Positions 9,048-18,193 are shown, counted from the stretch's first letter. The stretch: 60,496 nucleotides of DNA from Candidatus Adlerbacteria bacterium RIFCSPLOWO2_01_FULL_51_16 (GCA_001775485.1 MEWX01000014.1:29479-89974), one strand, 5' to 3'. Notes: a model not told the origin generated them from the letters alone. A program made the numbers and translations.

Positions 9048-9074
9048 TCGGGGGAAGGGTATACACTGGAGTGT

Positions 9075-9365
9075 ATGTATATGAACCAATGGGGAGGGAA
9101 TGAGACGTGGTTTATTAATATGCCGTATTGGGTTCCGGGAGTTTTGGCCTTGCTCGCACCACTGATTTTGCTTTTTGTGTTGTGGTCGCTTGTGTGGAAG
9201 GGCTTGGCTCTGTGGCACTCGGCACGGCGCGGGCAATATTGGTGGTTTGTTATCCTACTTGTCGTCAATACGCTCGGAATATTGGAGATCGTATACCTCT
9301 TCGGAGTTGCGAAGCTCCATATCCGCGACCTCTTCTCCAAAAACTCTCACCCGCACCAGCACTAG
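9075..9365 (+). CDS. DUF5652-like small membrane protein
   Basis: WKGLALWHSARRGQYWWF...NTLGILEIVYLF. Confidence 0.8.
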   Translation: MYMNQWGGNETWFINMPYWVPGVLALLAPLILLFVLWSLVWKGLALWHSARRGQYWWFVILLVVNTLGILEIVYLFGVAKLHIRDLFSKNSHPHQH

Positions 9366-9683
9366 TTAGATATTGAAGTGTTTTCCGAATTGTCCGACCA
9401 AGGGCAGCGGCGCCTCTTTGCCTTGCACGACATTGATGATGCCGAGTACCGCGAGAATGAAGATACCGAGGTTTATGAGTTGGTAGAACATCCAAAACTG
9501 CCACATGGTCATGCTCACTACCCACACAATGGCGCTTATTACCAAAAGCACCAAACCCTGCTTAATGTGGTATTTAACAAACGGGTCGTCCTTAGCGACG
9601 AGAAAGGAAATAATAACCAGCGGCCCCAAATAGCACAGCACCCCCATGAGTGTATTTTTCTGCCCGGTGTGTTGTTCGGGCAT
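9366..9683 (-). CDS. DUF4870/Tic20-like membrane protein
   Basis: LCYL...DPFVKYHIKQGL...GIINVVQG..PLPLVG. Confidence 0.8.
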   Translation of the reverse strand: MPEQHTGQKNTLMGVLCYLGPLVIISFLVAKDDPFVKYHIKQGLVLLVISAIVWVVSMTMWQFWMFYQLINLGIFILAVLGIINVVQGKEAPLPLVGQFGKHFNI

Positions 9684-9684
9684 G

Positions 9685-9843
9685 TTAGTAGGTGGGGCTC
9701 GTGTCGCCTACGTTTATTTGGATACCGGAAGCATCTTCTTGCGGCATGCCGGGGCCATATGTTTTGTACCACCAGATGCCACCTCCAACCAAAAGTACAA
9801 GCACGATGACGATAAGAATAGTGTTCACATTGCTGCTACCCAT
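9685..9843 (-). CDS. Small single-TM protein (~52 aa, below cut-off)
   Basis: Read manually as MGSSNVNTILIVIVLVLLVGGGIWWYKTYG...SPTY*; stop lies 1 nt from the next gene's ATG. Confidence 0.6.
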   Translation of the reverse strand: MGSSNVNTILIVIVLVLLVGGGIWWYKTYGPGMPQEDASGIQINVGDTSPTY

Positions 9844-9953
9844 ATACATTAAAAATTAGCTGCTAATATTCTCCCCTAAGTATACCCCCAACTGTTAATT
9901 AAATCACTTCAATCAAACTCTTGAGAAAAAAGCTAGTCATGTTTCAGAGACTT

Positions 9954-10844
9954 TCAATCCGGAAAGTTTACCGCATCTAGGATTTGGGACAAGAGCCCTT
10001 CTTGTTCCACAGAAAGTTGGTATTTAAGACTTATATTCAGGTCCGATACCCCATTACCATCAAGGTCGTAGGAGATTGGGCCGACTTCCGTAGTTTTCTT
10101 TATCGGCAGAGTTATCACAGTATCTGTTGTAAAAGGGATAGAAATAGGTCCTGTCACAGCACATTTGTTACCCTCACCTCTTATTTCTAAGTAGATTATT
10201 CCATAGCCCTTCCCCTTCACGACAAGTTTTCCATCTAGTAACTTGTCAAGAGAAAAAATTAGTACCCCATTGGATTCTGTGCGCTGCCAATAGTCAGAAC
10301 TCTCGGTTGTTAAAAAATTGACTTCAATTTTTTGTATTGAATCTTTGCCGTCAGTTTTTATACCGAACCATAGCCCTACCGCGGAAAGAGAAACATCTTT
10401 TCCATCAAGTTTGTCCTCAATAAATTTATCAAAAGTCTCCTCTGAAACATTCGTTCCTTCTATACACACTGTTCCTTCTGGCGTGGGTCGTTCAATATAT
10501 CCTGGCTTCGCTGCACGAAGCCGATCGAGAAGCTCCCCTAAAGTTTGGTCAATAGAAACCGATAAAGCTGGTGAAGGTGGATTTTGTGGGTTTGTTACAA
10601 TAGTTCCTGCAGATTCCTGTGGAAAAGTAGTAGGAACGTTTTGAGCAGGGTTTGAGAAGGGTAGATTAGGAAGATTTGAATCAGACAATCCTTGAGCGGT
10701 TGTGGCTACAGTTTCAGTAGTTACCGACGGAGGAGTGACGTCTTGAGTAGGCGCCACCCCACTGGCCATTGTGCCAATAGCAACAAAAAAGCCAATAATC
10801 ACTGTTACTGTCTTTGTAAAGATAGCGCTTACAAAATCAAACAT
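9954..10844 (-). CDS. Exported hypothetical protein with a C-terminal DxDGNG Ca-binding-like motif
   Basis: N-terminal hydrophobic segment, P/T-rich linker and YDLDGNGVSD; AT-rich. Confidence 0.65.
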   Translation of the reverse strand: MFDFVSAIFTKTVTVIIGFFVAIGTMASGVAPTQDVTPPSVTTETVATTAQGLSDSNLPNLPFSNPAQNVPTTFPQESAGTIVTNPQNPPSPALSVSIDQTLGELLDRLRAAKPGYIERPTPEGTVCIEGTNVSEETFDKFIEDKLDGKDVSLSAVGLWFGIKTDGKDSIQKIEVNFLTTESSDYWQRTESNGVLIFSLDKLLDGKLVVKGKGYGIIYLEIRGEGNKCAVTGPISIPFTTDTVITLPIKKTTEVGPISYDLDGNGVSDLNISLKYQLSVEQEGLLSQILDAVNFPD

Positions 10845-10876
10845 GTTATTAAAGAGTCCAATCTTTTTGACTTCTT

Positions 10877-11257
10877 TTAAGGATTAGTTCCCGGAATGTA
10901 TTTTTTGGTGAACTTTCTAACCAAGAGCCCGATAGCAACAGGCGTAAAAATATAGATTACGAGAATTAACCACATCCCGATTTCTTGCGAGGAGATTGTG
11001 AGCCAAAGGAGAGGAAGGCAAATTAGGATAGCCCACAGAAACCACCATCTACTACCAAAAGTTGAGAGCACTAGCGTGGCGAGGATAGGGATACCGAATA
11101 TTACTCCAACCGCTTGGCGCGCATCAACCCAATGGCCTCCACCACCGGAGAGGCTATCGAGAAACTTTCCAATTTCATATGAAAAGTACCACCCCAAAAA
11201 GATGGTTAATACTACCAAGCCTAAATTCCATCCCTGTGCAATAAAGACATCTTTCAT
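10877..11257 (-). CDS. Four-TM hypothetical membrane protein
   Basis: Four hydrophobic segments; directly downstream of the lipase-like gene. Confidence 0.65.
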   Translation of the reverse strand: MKDVFIAQGWNLGLVVLTIFLGWYFSYEIGKFLDSLSGGGGHWVDARQAVGVIFGIPILATLVLSTFGSRWWFLWAILICLPLLWLTISSQEIGMWLILVIYIFTPVAIGLLVRKFTKKYIPGTNP

Positions 11258-11281
11258 TTAAGAGTCATTTTACCATCCCTT

Positions 11282-13615
11282 CTAGCGCAAGCCGATATAA
11301 GTCCACTGGGTAGTACCGTCGTCTAATTTGACGAATATCTTGTACCAGTAGCCCGCCTTCACCCCCTTTGTGCTCCAGTTGTAGATGTATTGCTGTGTCG
11401 TTGAGTCCCACGTGAAGGAGCTACCGGTTGTCGCCGGGTCAGAATAGACCGTCTCGTCCACTGAGGCGTTCATAGCGGCTCCTTTTTGTGGCTCAAGCCA
11501 TTGTGGCGCGGATGCCGCCTGGATTACTGTCCCATCAGCCCTTTTGAGCTGGAGTTTGATCGGGGCCGTACTCCCACCCTTAAACACGCTAGTGTTTGCA
11601 GTTATTTTATGCGCGGTGTCATTGATCGGCTGGAGGAAGCCGTCCCAGCGATAAAGTATGTTGAGCGCTCGATTTGCGGTTGAGAGGGTAAAAGTACTTT
11701 CAATGATTTGCTCGGGGGCTGTGATGCCGCTTGTCTCTGCTTCTACATCACCTTGTGTGTCGATGTAATCAGCAACGATGGTGTACTCGCCGCCGTTTCC
11801 CGTACCTATGGTTTTGACTCTGTACTCGCCGGGGAGGGGGTTCACTATGACCGCGTACTCGTTGTCGGTGAGGAAGCCGGAGTAAAAAGCATCGGGTATT
11901 TCATCAAACTCTTGGTTTGTTAAAAAATCTTTCCCCAGCCGCTTCCCATCTGGGGCAATTATCTGCATGTCAATGGGGGAATGAAGAATCACCCACAACA
12001 AAGGCAAATCTGTTTGTATCCCATTACTGACGATAGTTTCAGGTTCTTGGCCAGTTAAAATCTCATAAACTGGTCTCGCAGCTGAGGAGGGTAGCGTTAC
12101 GTGATCTACATTAATCGTTTGATATTCTGGGGCAACTGATACGGAACTTAGGAACGGTACTGTCCCGTCACCATCTCCTCGCAAAATTCCCCCATTGGTT
12201 GGTTTGCCATGCTCCCATTTGGGTAATTCGTCTGAAGGCACAATGGTGTAGCCGGTGATAGTGTTGCCTTCAACAGAGCCAATAATATTTTCAACTTGCA
12301 CTCGCTGTGTAAGGAGGTTTACAGAGCCGCGCAGATCCTCAAGAAAGACATTGCGCGGATAATTATCTGGATACTCGCGTAGATTCCGCCCATCAAAAAT
12401 ATAATCGTAAATAGGTAAAAGTTCCTGGACGGAAATTATAGGCCTAATACGAACATACGAAAACACATCCGAATATCCATTTTTTCTTGCTTCGCTCTTG
12501 AATATTAGATTAAACAATTGGCCTCCAAGCTCTAAAGGGTTGTTGGTATATTGTCCCGCTTCCCACATCAGATACGTTTTTGGAGCGCCGAGGTGGGGTG
12601 TGCCGAGAAAGACCATTTGATCGACGTCGTTTTCATAAGAATCCGATTGAATATATTGTCGCGCGGCCAGCCCACCCATCGAGTGTGCTACAAGATCTAT
12701 TTTTTGGCAGTCACAAATCTCTTGCACCTCGTTTATCTTTTCCTGCAGCAAAACAGCTGTCTCTACGTTTGACTCGCGCCAGTTATAAGGAAAGGTAAAT
12801 AAGTCCTGTTCCTCTACATATCCGTTGGCCGCGAGAGTGTCTATGAGGTCGTTGTAAACACCGAACACGGGGTCTATCAACCAAACGCCGTTTTTTTCCC
12901 ATGAGCCGAGGATGCCCGGGATAATAATTACAGGGTCTAGAGTCGCGGGAGGGGAGTAGGTGTTGGTGATGGTGCAGGTAACTACCTCGGCAAGGACGAG
13001 ATTAATAGTATTTCCTATCTGGTGGCCGAAGTCACAATCCCACGAACCGGGAGTGTAATTTGAAGGGCCGCTTTCAGTAAGTGTGTAAATCACATCGGCT
13101 TTGACGTTATGAAAAGCGTCTGAACCTCCTGTGTCAGTAAAACTTCCATTTCCTGCTGCCGTAAGCTGCCAGTCGCTTGGTTGTGCGGTGCCGCCGTTTA
13201 CAATTTTTACTAATTTAAGTGTTGGAGCTATGTCATCGTTCACAGCAGTACAAGTAACCTGTTCGCCATCCATGATCCGGACCGAATCGACTCCTTCCGG
13301 TTGACTGTTGCCGGCACAATTCCATCTGGATTCATATCCGGATGGAACAGAATCAAGATCTTCCCAAAGATCATACAAACCGGGTGGAACAACTTGTGTG
13401 GTGGTGGAACCATCGGTCCAAACGAGAGTCTGGGTATCGGGGTTATAGGCTTGGATATACCCGGGTGAGCCGGTGTATGTGCCCCCGCCGTCATTTATAA
13501 CTTGCTTTGCAAGTGTGAGGTTCGTGTCGGCAGCAAAAGCTTGCGGCGCACCAAAAGAGCAAAATAGGCCGAATAACAGGGCTCCCGAGAAGAGAAAATG
13601 CCTTCCGTAACGCAT
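11282..13615 (-). CDS. Secreted alpha/beta-hydrolase (LCAT/PGAP1-like lipase/acyltransferase) with N-terminal Ig/prealbumin-like repeats and a C-terminal PxKF-like domain
   Basis: Signal peptide (PQAFA), PVIIIPGILGS, FPYNWR, nucleophile AHSMGG, GTPHLGAP, GDGTVP and TAPIKLQL. Confidence 0.8.
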   Translation of the reverse strand: MRYGRHFLFSGALLFGLFCSFGAPQAFAADTNLTLAKQVINDGGGTYTGSPGYIQAYNPDTQTLVWTDGSTTTQVVPPGLYDLWEDLDSVPSGYESRWNCAGNSQPEGVDSVRIMDGEQVTCTAVNDDIAPTLKLVKIVNGGTAQPSDWQLTAAGNGSFTDTGGSDAFHNVKADVIYTLTESGPSNYTPGSWDCDFGHQIGNTINLVLAEVVTCTITNTYSPPATLDPVIIIPGILGSWEKNGVWLIDPVFGVYNDLIDTLAANGYVEEQDLFTFPYNWRESNVETAVLLQEKINEVQEICDCQKIDLVAHSMGGLAARQYIQSDSYENDVDQMVFLGTPHLGAPKTYLMWEAGQYTNNPLELGGQLFNLIFKSEARKNGYSDVFSYVRIRPIISVQELLPIYDYIFDGRNLREYPDNYPRNVFLEDLRGSVNLLTQRVQVENIIGSVEGNTITGYTIVPSDELPKWEHGKPTNGGILRGDGDGTVPFLSSVSVAPEYQTINVDHVTLPSSAARPVYEILTGQEPETIVSNGIQTDLPLLWVILHSPIDMQIIAPDGKRLGKDFLTNQEFDEIPDAFYSGFLTDNEYAVIVNPLPGEYRVKTIGTGNGGEYTIVADYIDTQGDVEAETSGITAPEQIIESTFTLSTANRALNILYRWDGFLQPINDTAHKITANTSVFKGGSTAPIKLQLKRADGTVIQAASAPQWLEPQKGAAMNASVDETVYSDPATTGSSFTWDSTTQQYIYNWSTKGVKAGYWYKIFVKLDDGTTQWTYIGLR

Positions 13616-13680
13616 GGTTCGGTACTCTACACAAACCGAAATCCCCGTGCAAGTCACCAGGCTCCGTTACCCCTCCGCTC

Positions 13681-13718
13681 TTACTATTCTAGTTTTTTGC
13701 AAAAAACTAGAATAGTAA
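13681..13718. promoter_or_regulatory. Perfect 38-bp palindrome overlapping the promoter of ArsR gene 2
   Basis: TTACTATTCTAGTTTTTTGCAAAAAACTAGAATAGTAA; TTGCAA, a 16-nt spacer and TATACT (13719-13724). Confidence 0.9.
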
Positions 13719-13730
13719 TATACTGCCTAT

Positions 13731-14009
13731 ATGCAAAAGGGAAGTGAGTATCGGCGGCTTGAGCGAGTGATCAAGGGTTTTGCCAACCATCGACGCTTAC
13801 AAATCCTTGATTTACTCAAACGTGAACCAGAACTGTCGATTGAGGATATTTCGGCGCGTCTGAAGATAGGGTACATGAATGCTTCCGACCATTTACGCAA
13901 AATGGCAATAGCTGGCCTCGTTCTCAAACGTAATGAAGGAGTTACTGTGCGGCATAAACTTTCACCCCGCGCCGAATCTATTCTAGTTTTTTGCAAAAAA
14001 CTAGAATAG
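13731..14009 (+). CDS. ArsR/SmtB-family winged-helix regulator (copy 2)
   Basis: Close paralog of 5366-5641; ends in a perfect 32-bp palindrome (13978-14009) identical to the upstream one. Confidence 0.85.
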   Translation: MQKGSEYRRLERVIKGFANHRRLQILDLLKREPELSIEDISARLKIGYMNASDHLRKMAIAGLVLKRNEGVTVRHKLSPRAESILVFCKKLE

Positions 14010-14031
14010 ATTGGTGTGGTAATGTGGATAT

Positions 14032-14427
14032 ATGGAAGGGTATGTGGTGGATATTGAAAAGGCGACTCTTGAGAACGAAAATTTCCGGACAGTGCTCTAC
14101 ACCGGAAAATTCAGCCAGCTCGTCGTGATGAGTATCCCACCCGGCGGCAATATTGGAGAGGAGGTGCACACACTCGACCAATTTTTGCGCTGCGAGGCGG
14201 GGGAGGGGAAGGCGATTTTAGACGGAGTCGAACATGTAATGGGCGTCGGCTCCGCGGTTGTCGTGCCTGCGGGTGCGCGGCACAATCTTCTGAACACCTC
14301 TCCCGATAAACCCCTTAAGCTCTACACCGTATACTCGCCGCCAAACCATCGCGATGGGGTGGTGCATAACACAAAAGCACAGGCAGAGACGGACGAGGAG
14401 CATTTTGACGGCAAAACAAGTGAATAA
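14032..14427 (+). CDS. Cupin domain protein
   Basis: NENFRTVLYTG, IGEEVH, VPAGARHN and KLYTVYSPPNH. Confidence 0.9.
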   Translation: MEGYVVDIEKATLENENFRTVLYTGKFSQLVVMSIPPGGNIGEEVHTLDQFLRCEAGEGKAILDGVEHVMGVGSAVVVPAGARHNLLNTSPDKPLKLYTVYSPPNHRDGVVHNTKAQAETDEEHFDGKTSE

Positions 14428-14465
14428 CTCTTATTTGAAAAGCGGGAGTGTCGTATACTTTAGGT

Positions 14466-14636
14466 ATGGCTAAAAATGCGGCAAAAGGGAAGGGGCGCAA
14501 GGGCGAAGTGAATAAACGCTCGCAGGTCTTGTCTCCGCGCAACAAGCGCTGGACAAAAGTCGACAACAAAACAGGTCGCTTTATAGATCAGATGAAGCGA
14601 AAAGGAAAAACGTTTAAGGGAGTGCGGATGAAATAA
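14466..14636 (+). CDS. Small basic conserved hypothetical protein (56 aa)
   Basis: MAKN...RSQV...WTKVD..TGRFID...FKGVR; TATACT upstream; stop overlaps the msrB start. Confidence 0.7.
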   Translation: MAKNAAKGKGRKGEVNKRSQVLSPRNKRWTKVDNKTGRFIDQMKRKGKTFKGVRMK

Positions 14637-15034
14637 TGGCCGGACCTGAAATGTTCAAGACAGAGGCGCAATGGCGCGAGGAGCTCACTCCGGAGCAGTA
14701 TGCCGTGTTGCGCGAGCGGGGGACCGAAGCGCCTTTTTCCGGAAAATTGTTGAAAGAGAAGCGCGACGGCATGTATCGTTGTCGTGCGTGCGGCAAAGCA
14801 CTCTTCCCTTCGAACACAAAATTTGATTCCGGCACCGGCTGGCCTTCTTTTGATGACGCACTTCCCGGCGCTGTTACACTTGTAGAAGACGATTCTCACG
14901 GAATGCGTCGCACCGAAGTCGCGTGTGCAAACTGCGGCTCACACTTGGGGCACCTGTTTGACGATGGTCCTACAGAAACCGGCAAACGCTACTGCATCAA
15001 TTCGGTGTGTCTTCTGCTTGAGGCGCGGCCGTAA
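14636..15034 (+). CDS. msrB: Peptide-methionine (R)-S-oxide reductase
   Basis: LTPEQYAVLRERGTE, KFDSGTGWPSF, HLGHLFDDGP and RYCINS. Confidence 0.97.
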   Translation: MAGPEMFKTEAQWREELTPEQYAVLRERGTEAPFSGKLLKEKRDGMYRCRACGKALFPSNTKFDSGTGWPSFDDALPGAVTLVEDDSHGMRRTEVACANCGSHLGHLFDDGPTETGKRYCINSVCLLLEARP

Positions 15035-15107
15035 GTTGATAACCGATTCTCCGTCTTAATACCTGGTGTATAATTATCAATACGTAAGGGTACGTAAAAA
15101 AATATTT

Positions 15108-15842
15108 ATGACAAAAATAATAAAATGGATAGTGGTTGGGGGGCTTATGTTTCCCGCACTGGTGCTCGCACAAGGAATTTCTACCACAACACGGCCGGGC
15201 CCCCAGATTAAAGACGCGGCACACACGCGGGTGGAAGCGTGGCGAGGGGCAATGCAGCAGAAGTTTGCTTCAACAAGCGAGGAGCTTAGGGCTAAGCGCC
15301 AAGAGCTTCAAGGCGCTTTTGCCGAGCGGCGCGAGGCAATCATTATGGATATGAAGACGAAGCGCGATGAGTTTCTTGCGCTTCTGAAACAAAAGGTCGC
15401 CTCTACGAGCGAAGCAATAAAAGAAAAGAAAGAGGCGCTCAAAGAGGAAGCACAACAGCGCCGGGCGGACATTATTGAGCGCTACTACACAAGGGTGGGA
15501 GCAATGTTTGAGACCCGTATCGACCGCCTCGCGCGCATAGCCGACCGTCTTGCGGAACGCATAGTAAAGATTGAGGAAGAGCACGACGTTGATCTCTCCA
15601 GTGCCTCTGCTTTTCTTGAGGACGCGCAAGCTCTTTTGGACACCGCAACACAAAAAGCAGAGGAGTTCTCCGACAAAGCGGATGACGTGGTAGACCCGAC
15701 AGCAACGCAGGAAGCTATTGCAGAGATGAAAGCTCTGCGGCAGGAAGTATGGGACGCGATTAAAGCGGCGCACCAAAAACTTGTTGAAGCGATCGCGGCT
15801 GTTAAGGCGGGGCTTGGAGAAGAAGACAGCCACGAGGACTAA
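15108..15842 (+). CDS. Exported coiled-coil hypothetical protein
   Basis: Signal peptide followed by an E/K/A/R-rich helical body. Confidence 0.75.
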   Translation: MTKIIKWIVVGGLMFPALVLAQGISTTTRPGPQIKDAAHTRVEAWRGAMQQKFASTSEELRAKRQELQGAFAERREAIIMDMKTKRDEFLALLKQKVASTSEAIKEKKEALKEEAQQRRADIIERYYTRVGAMFETRIDRLARIADRLAERIVKIEEEHDVDLSSASAFLEDAQALLDTATQKAEEFSDKADDVVDPTATQEAIAEMKALRQEVWDAIKAAHQKLVEAIAAVKAGLGEEDSHED

Positions 15843-15853
15843 TTGAAAACAGT

Positions 15854-16144
15854 ATGGAACAACAAAACAACATGAGTGCAGGAGTTCCGGTGGGCGAAAC
15901 TAGAGCCATGCCTCCTGCTCCGCAGCACTCAAACACCTCTTTGATAGTTGTCTCTATCGCGCTGGTTATTACGCTTCTGGTACTTGGGTACTTTGTTTGG
16001 ATGAGCGGCGTTTGGCAAAGCCTTATGCCCTCGGCTGCCGACGTTGCTCCTGCACAGAGCGAAACATCTGATCTTGAGGCGGATCTTCAAGGTGTTGATG
16101 TTGGAGGTGACGCTGAAGTAGATGCGCTCGAGGCACAGCTATAA
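15854..16144 (+). CDS. Single-TM hypothetical protein with an acidic C-terminus
   Basis: Operonic spacing and one TM segment. Confidence 0.65.
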   Translation: MEQQNNMSAGVPVGETRAMPPAPQHSNTSLIVVSIALVITLLVLGYFVWMSGVWQSLMPSAADVAPAQSETSDLEADLQGVDVGGDAEVDALEAQL

Positions 16145-16155
16145 AAAAGCGATAC

Positions 16156-16341
16156 ATGGATGAACAGCTCCAGCGCATCGAACAAAAAGTAGATGCGCTG
16201 TACGCATCGTCTGAAAAGATGCGGAAATATTTCCTTTGGACGCTTATTATTACCGCTGCGGTTATCTTCATACCACTTCTTATACTGCCGATGGTTATTC
16301 CGTTTTTTCTCTCTTCGCTCGTCCTGCCTCCCGGGTTTTAG
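16156..16341 (+). CDS. Small membrane protein
   Basis: Short coiled N-terminus (QKVDALYASSEKMRKYF) plus hydrophobic tail. Confidence 0.65.
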   Translation: MDEQLQRIEQKVDALYASSEKMRKYFLWTLIITAAVIFIPLLILPMVIPFFLSSLVLPPGF

Positions 16342-16456
16342 ATACCCTATACACCCCCTTGCTTGAATGTTTAAAGGGGGCGTGATACGGTGCTTCTTAG
16401 AAAAGCTCTCGTTCCCTGCGCTTGGGCGATTATTTCCTAATAAACCGTTATTCACT

Positions 16457-17125
16457 ATGTCATTTTTGCGATATTCGGTCTGTGTGACTGTATTGGCAGT
16501 GGGGCTTTTTGCGGCAATGCCCGCTCTCGCATCTGCCGCAACCCTCTATGTCGATGTAAATGTAGTGGGTTCTTACAACAACAACGACCGCGACCCAAAC
16601 GACTTTACGATCGAAGTGGACGGAGAAGACGTATCTCCGGACTCGTTTAAAGGCACTTCTTCAGGGAAGGGTAAAAAGGTAACACTTGATGAGGGCGATT
16701 ATACCGTTCGGGTAAAAAATACCTACGGATATAGTGTGAGCTACTCTTCCGGTTGTCGCGGTGATATTGACGACAACGATACCGAATACTGCACGGTGAC
16801 TCTCCGGGGTTCAAACTATTACAACCCGGGCTCGTGCCAATATGACGATTACTGTGATTCGGGATGCCAGAATTCATACTGCAATACCCAACCGTGTCAG
16901 GGTTCATGCGCGCCGACGTACTACCAGCAACCCTGCCAGAGCTCATGCGCACCTACCTACTACGCACAACCCGTGATTACTAAAGGATACGTCCCGTACT
17001 TCCCAAACACCGGTTTTGAGCCGGTAAACCAGGGAGCGCTTGCGCTTGCAGTAGTAATGCTTCTTGCGGCCGGCTACTTCCTCTACCCGCATGTCAGAAA
17101 AGCATTTATTGCTGTCCTCAGCTAA
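16457..17125 (+). CDS. Sortase-anchored surface protein (Ig-like domain, Cys-rich repeats, FPNTG sorting signal)
   Basis: Signal peptide, and C-terminal FPNTG + hydrophobic helix + basic tail; adjacent to a sortase. Confidence 0.75.
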   Translation: MSFLRYSVCVTVLAVGLFAAMPALASAATLYVDVNVVGSYNNNDRDPNDFTIEVDGEDVSPDSFKGTSSGKGKKVTLDEGDYTVRVKNTYGYSVSYSSGCRGDIDDNDTEYCTVTLRGSNYYNPGSCQYDDYCDSGCQNSYCNTQPCQGSCAPTYYQQPCQSSCAPTYYAQPVITKGYVPYFPNTGFEPVNQGALALAVVMLLAAGYFLYPHVRKAFIAVLS

Positions 17126-17831
17126 ATCAGGAGTATTAATCTCCAGTGGCTCGCGCGATTTTGTAGCGTGGTTTAACGACGATTCTACGTGGAGCGCGCG
17201 GGTGCGCATAGGGGCGCTCGCAGTTGGCCTTGCCGTGGTTGTCGTTGGGGGTGTAGATATACTCTCCCGCGTAGCGCCCACAATGCCCAACAATACCGGG
17301 TACCTGGCGTTTGCTCCGGCGATTGTCGCACTTGATCCGAGTGTCTTGCCGTTCCTAACCCCCGCATCCGGAGCGACGACCACCCCCCTGACTCCTGCGC
17401 GTCTCGCCATCCCTTCGTTGAATGTTGACGCAAGAGTTGAAGAGGTTGGTGTCAAAGAAAACGGCCAGATGGCAAACCCTTCCGGTTTTTCGACTGTTGG
17501 TTGGTACAAATACGGCTCGGAGCCGGGAGGCGAAGGACGGGCGGTCATTGCGGGTCATGTCAACAATGCGCTTGGGCTCTCGGGAGTTTTTGCCCGTCTT
17601 TCCGAAATTGCGATAGGGGAGAAGATTGTCGTTTCCGATAGCACAGGTAGAACGCTTACGTATATCGTCCAGACCAAAAACCAATACGACTCAAGCGACG
17701 CCCCACTTGCAGAAATCTTTAAAATTACGGGCCTTTCTGAGCTTGTTCTTATTACCTGCGAAGGGGACTGGATCCCTTCTGCGCGCTCGTACGACAAGCG
17801 GTTGGTGGTGGTTGCGCGTCTCGCCCTTTAG
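17091..17831 (+). CDS. Class F sortase
   Basis: RLAIPSLNV, VGWY, PG..G.AVIAGH, LVLITC and RLVV; start uncertain. Confidence 0.9.
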   Translation: MSEKHLLLSSAKSGVLISSGSRDFVAWFNDDSTWSARVRIGALAVGLAVVVVGGVDILSRVAPTMPNNTGYLAFAPAIVALDPSVLPFLTPASGATTTPLTPARLAIPSLNVDARVEEVGVKENGQMANPSGFSTVGWYKYGSEPGGEGRAVIAGHVNNALGLSGVFARLSEIAIGEKIVVSDSTGRTLTYIVQTKNQYDSSDAPLAEIFKITGLSELVLITCEGDWIPSARSYDKRLVVVARLAL

Positions 17832-17938
17832 TGCTACAGTGTCGCCGTTCGGTAAGTTCTCCTGTGCCGGCGCTCATCGCCCTGGTCGGGGAGGTCGCCT
17901 TACGCGAACGTTCTTAAGAAATAGTTTTTTCGCGTAAT

Positions 17939-18193
17939 ATGGCACGCAAATTGTTCGTGGGTGGCCTACCATACCGTACAACGGGAGACGAGTTGAAAGA
18001 CGCGTTCTCGAAGGCGGGGGAGGTTGCCTCGGCAAGCATCGTGACTGATCGGGAAACTGGTCGCTCGAGGGGCTTCGGCTTCGTCGAGATGGCCAATGAC
18101 TCAGACGCAGAAGCCGCAATCTCCATGTGGAATGGCAAAGATTTCGGTGGACGCATGCTGACCGTCAGCGACGCTCGTCCGAAAGCTGCATAG
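17939..18193 (+). CDS. RRM (RNP-1) RNA-binding protein
   Basis: KLFVGGL (RNP2) and RGFGFVEM (RNP1). Confidence 0.95.
   Translation: MARKLFVGGLPYRTTGDELKDAFSKAGEVASASIVTDRETGRSRGFGFVEMANDSDAEAAISMWNGKDFGGRMLTVSDARPKAA

Noticed and set aside
4748..14009. Integron cassette array or Xer/dif modules
   Set aside because: I found no integrase, no GTTRRRY/RYYYAAC attC pattern at gene ends and no XerC/D consensus. The palindrome is fully symmetric with no asymmetric spacer.
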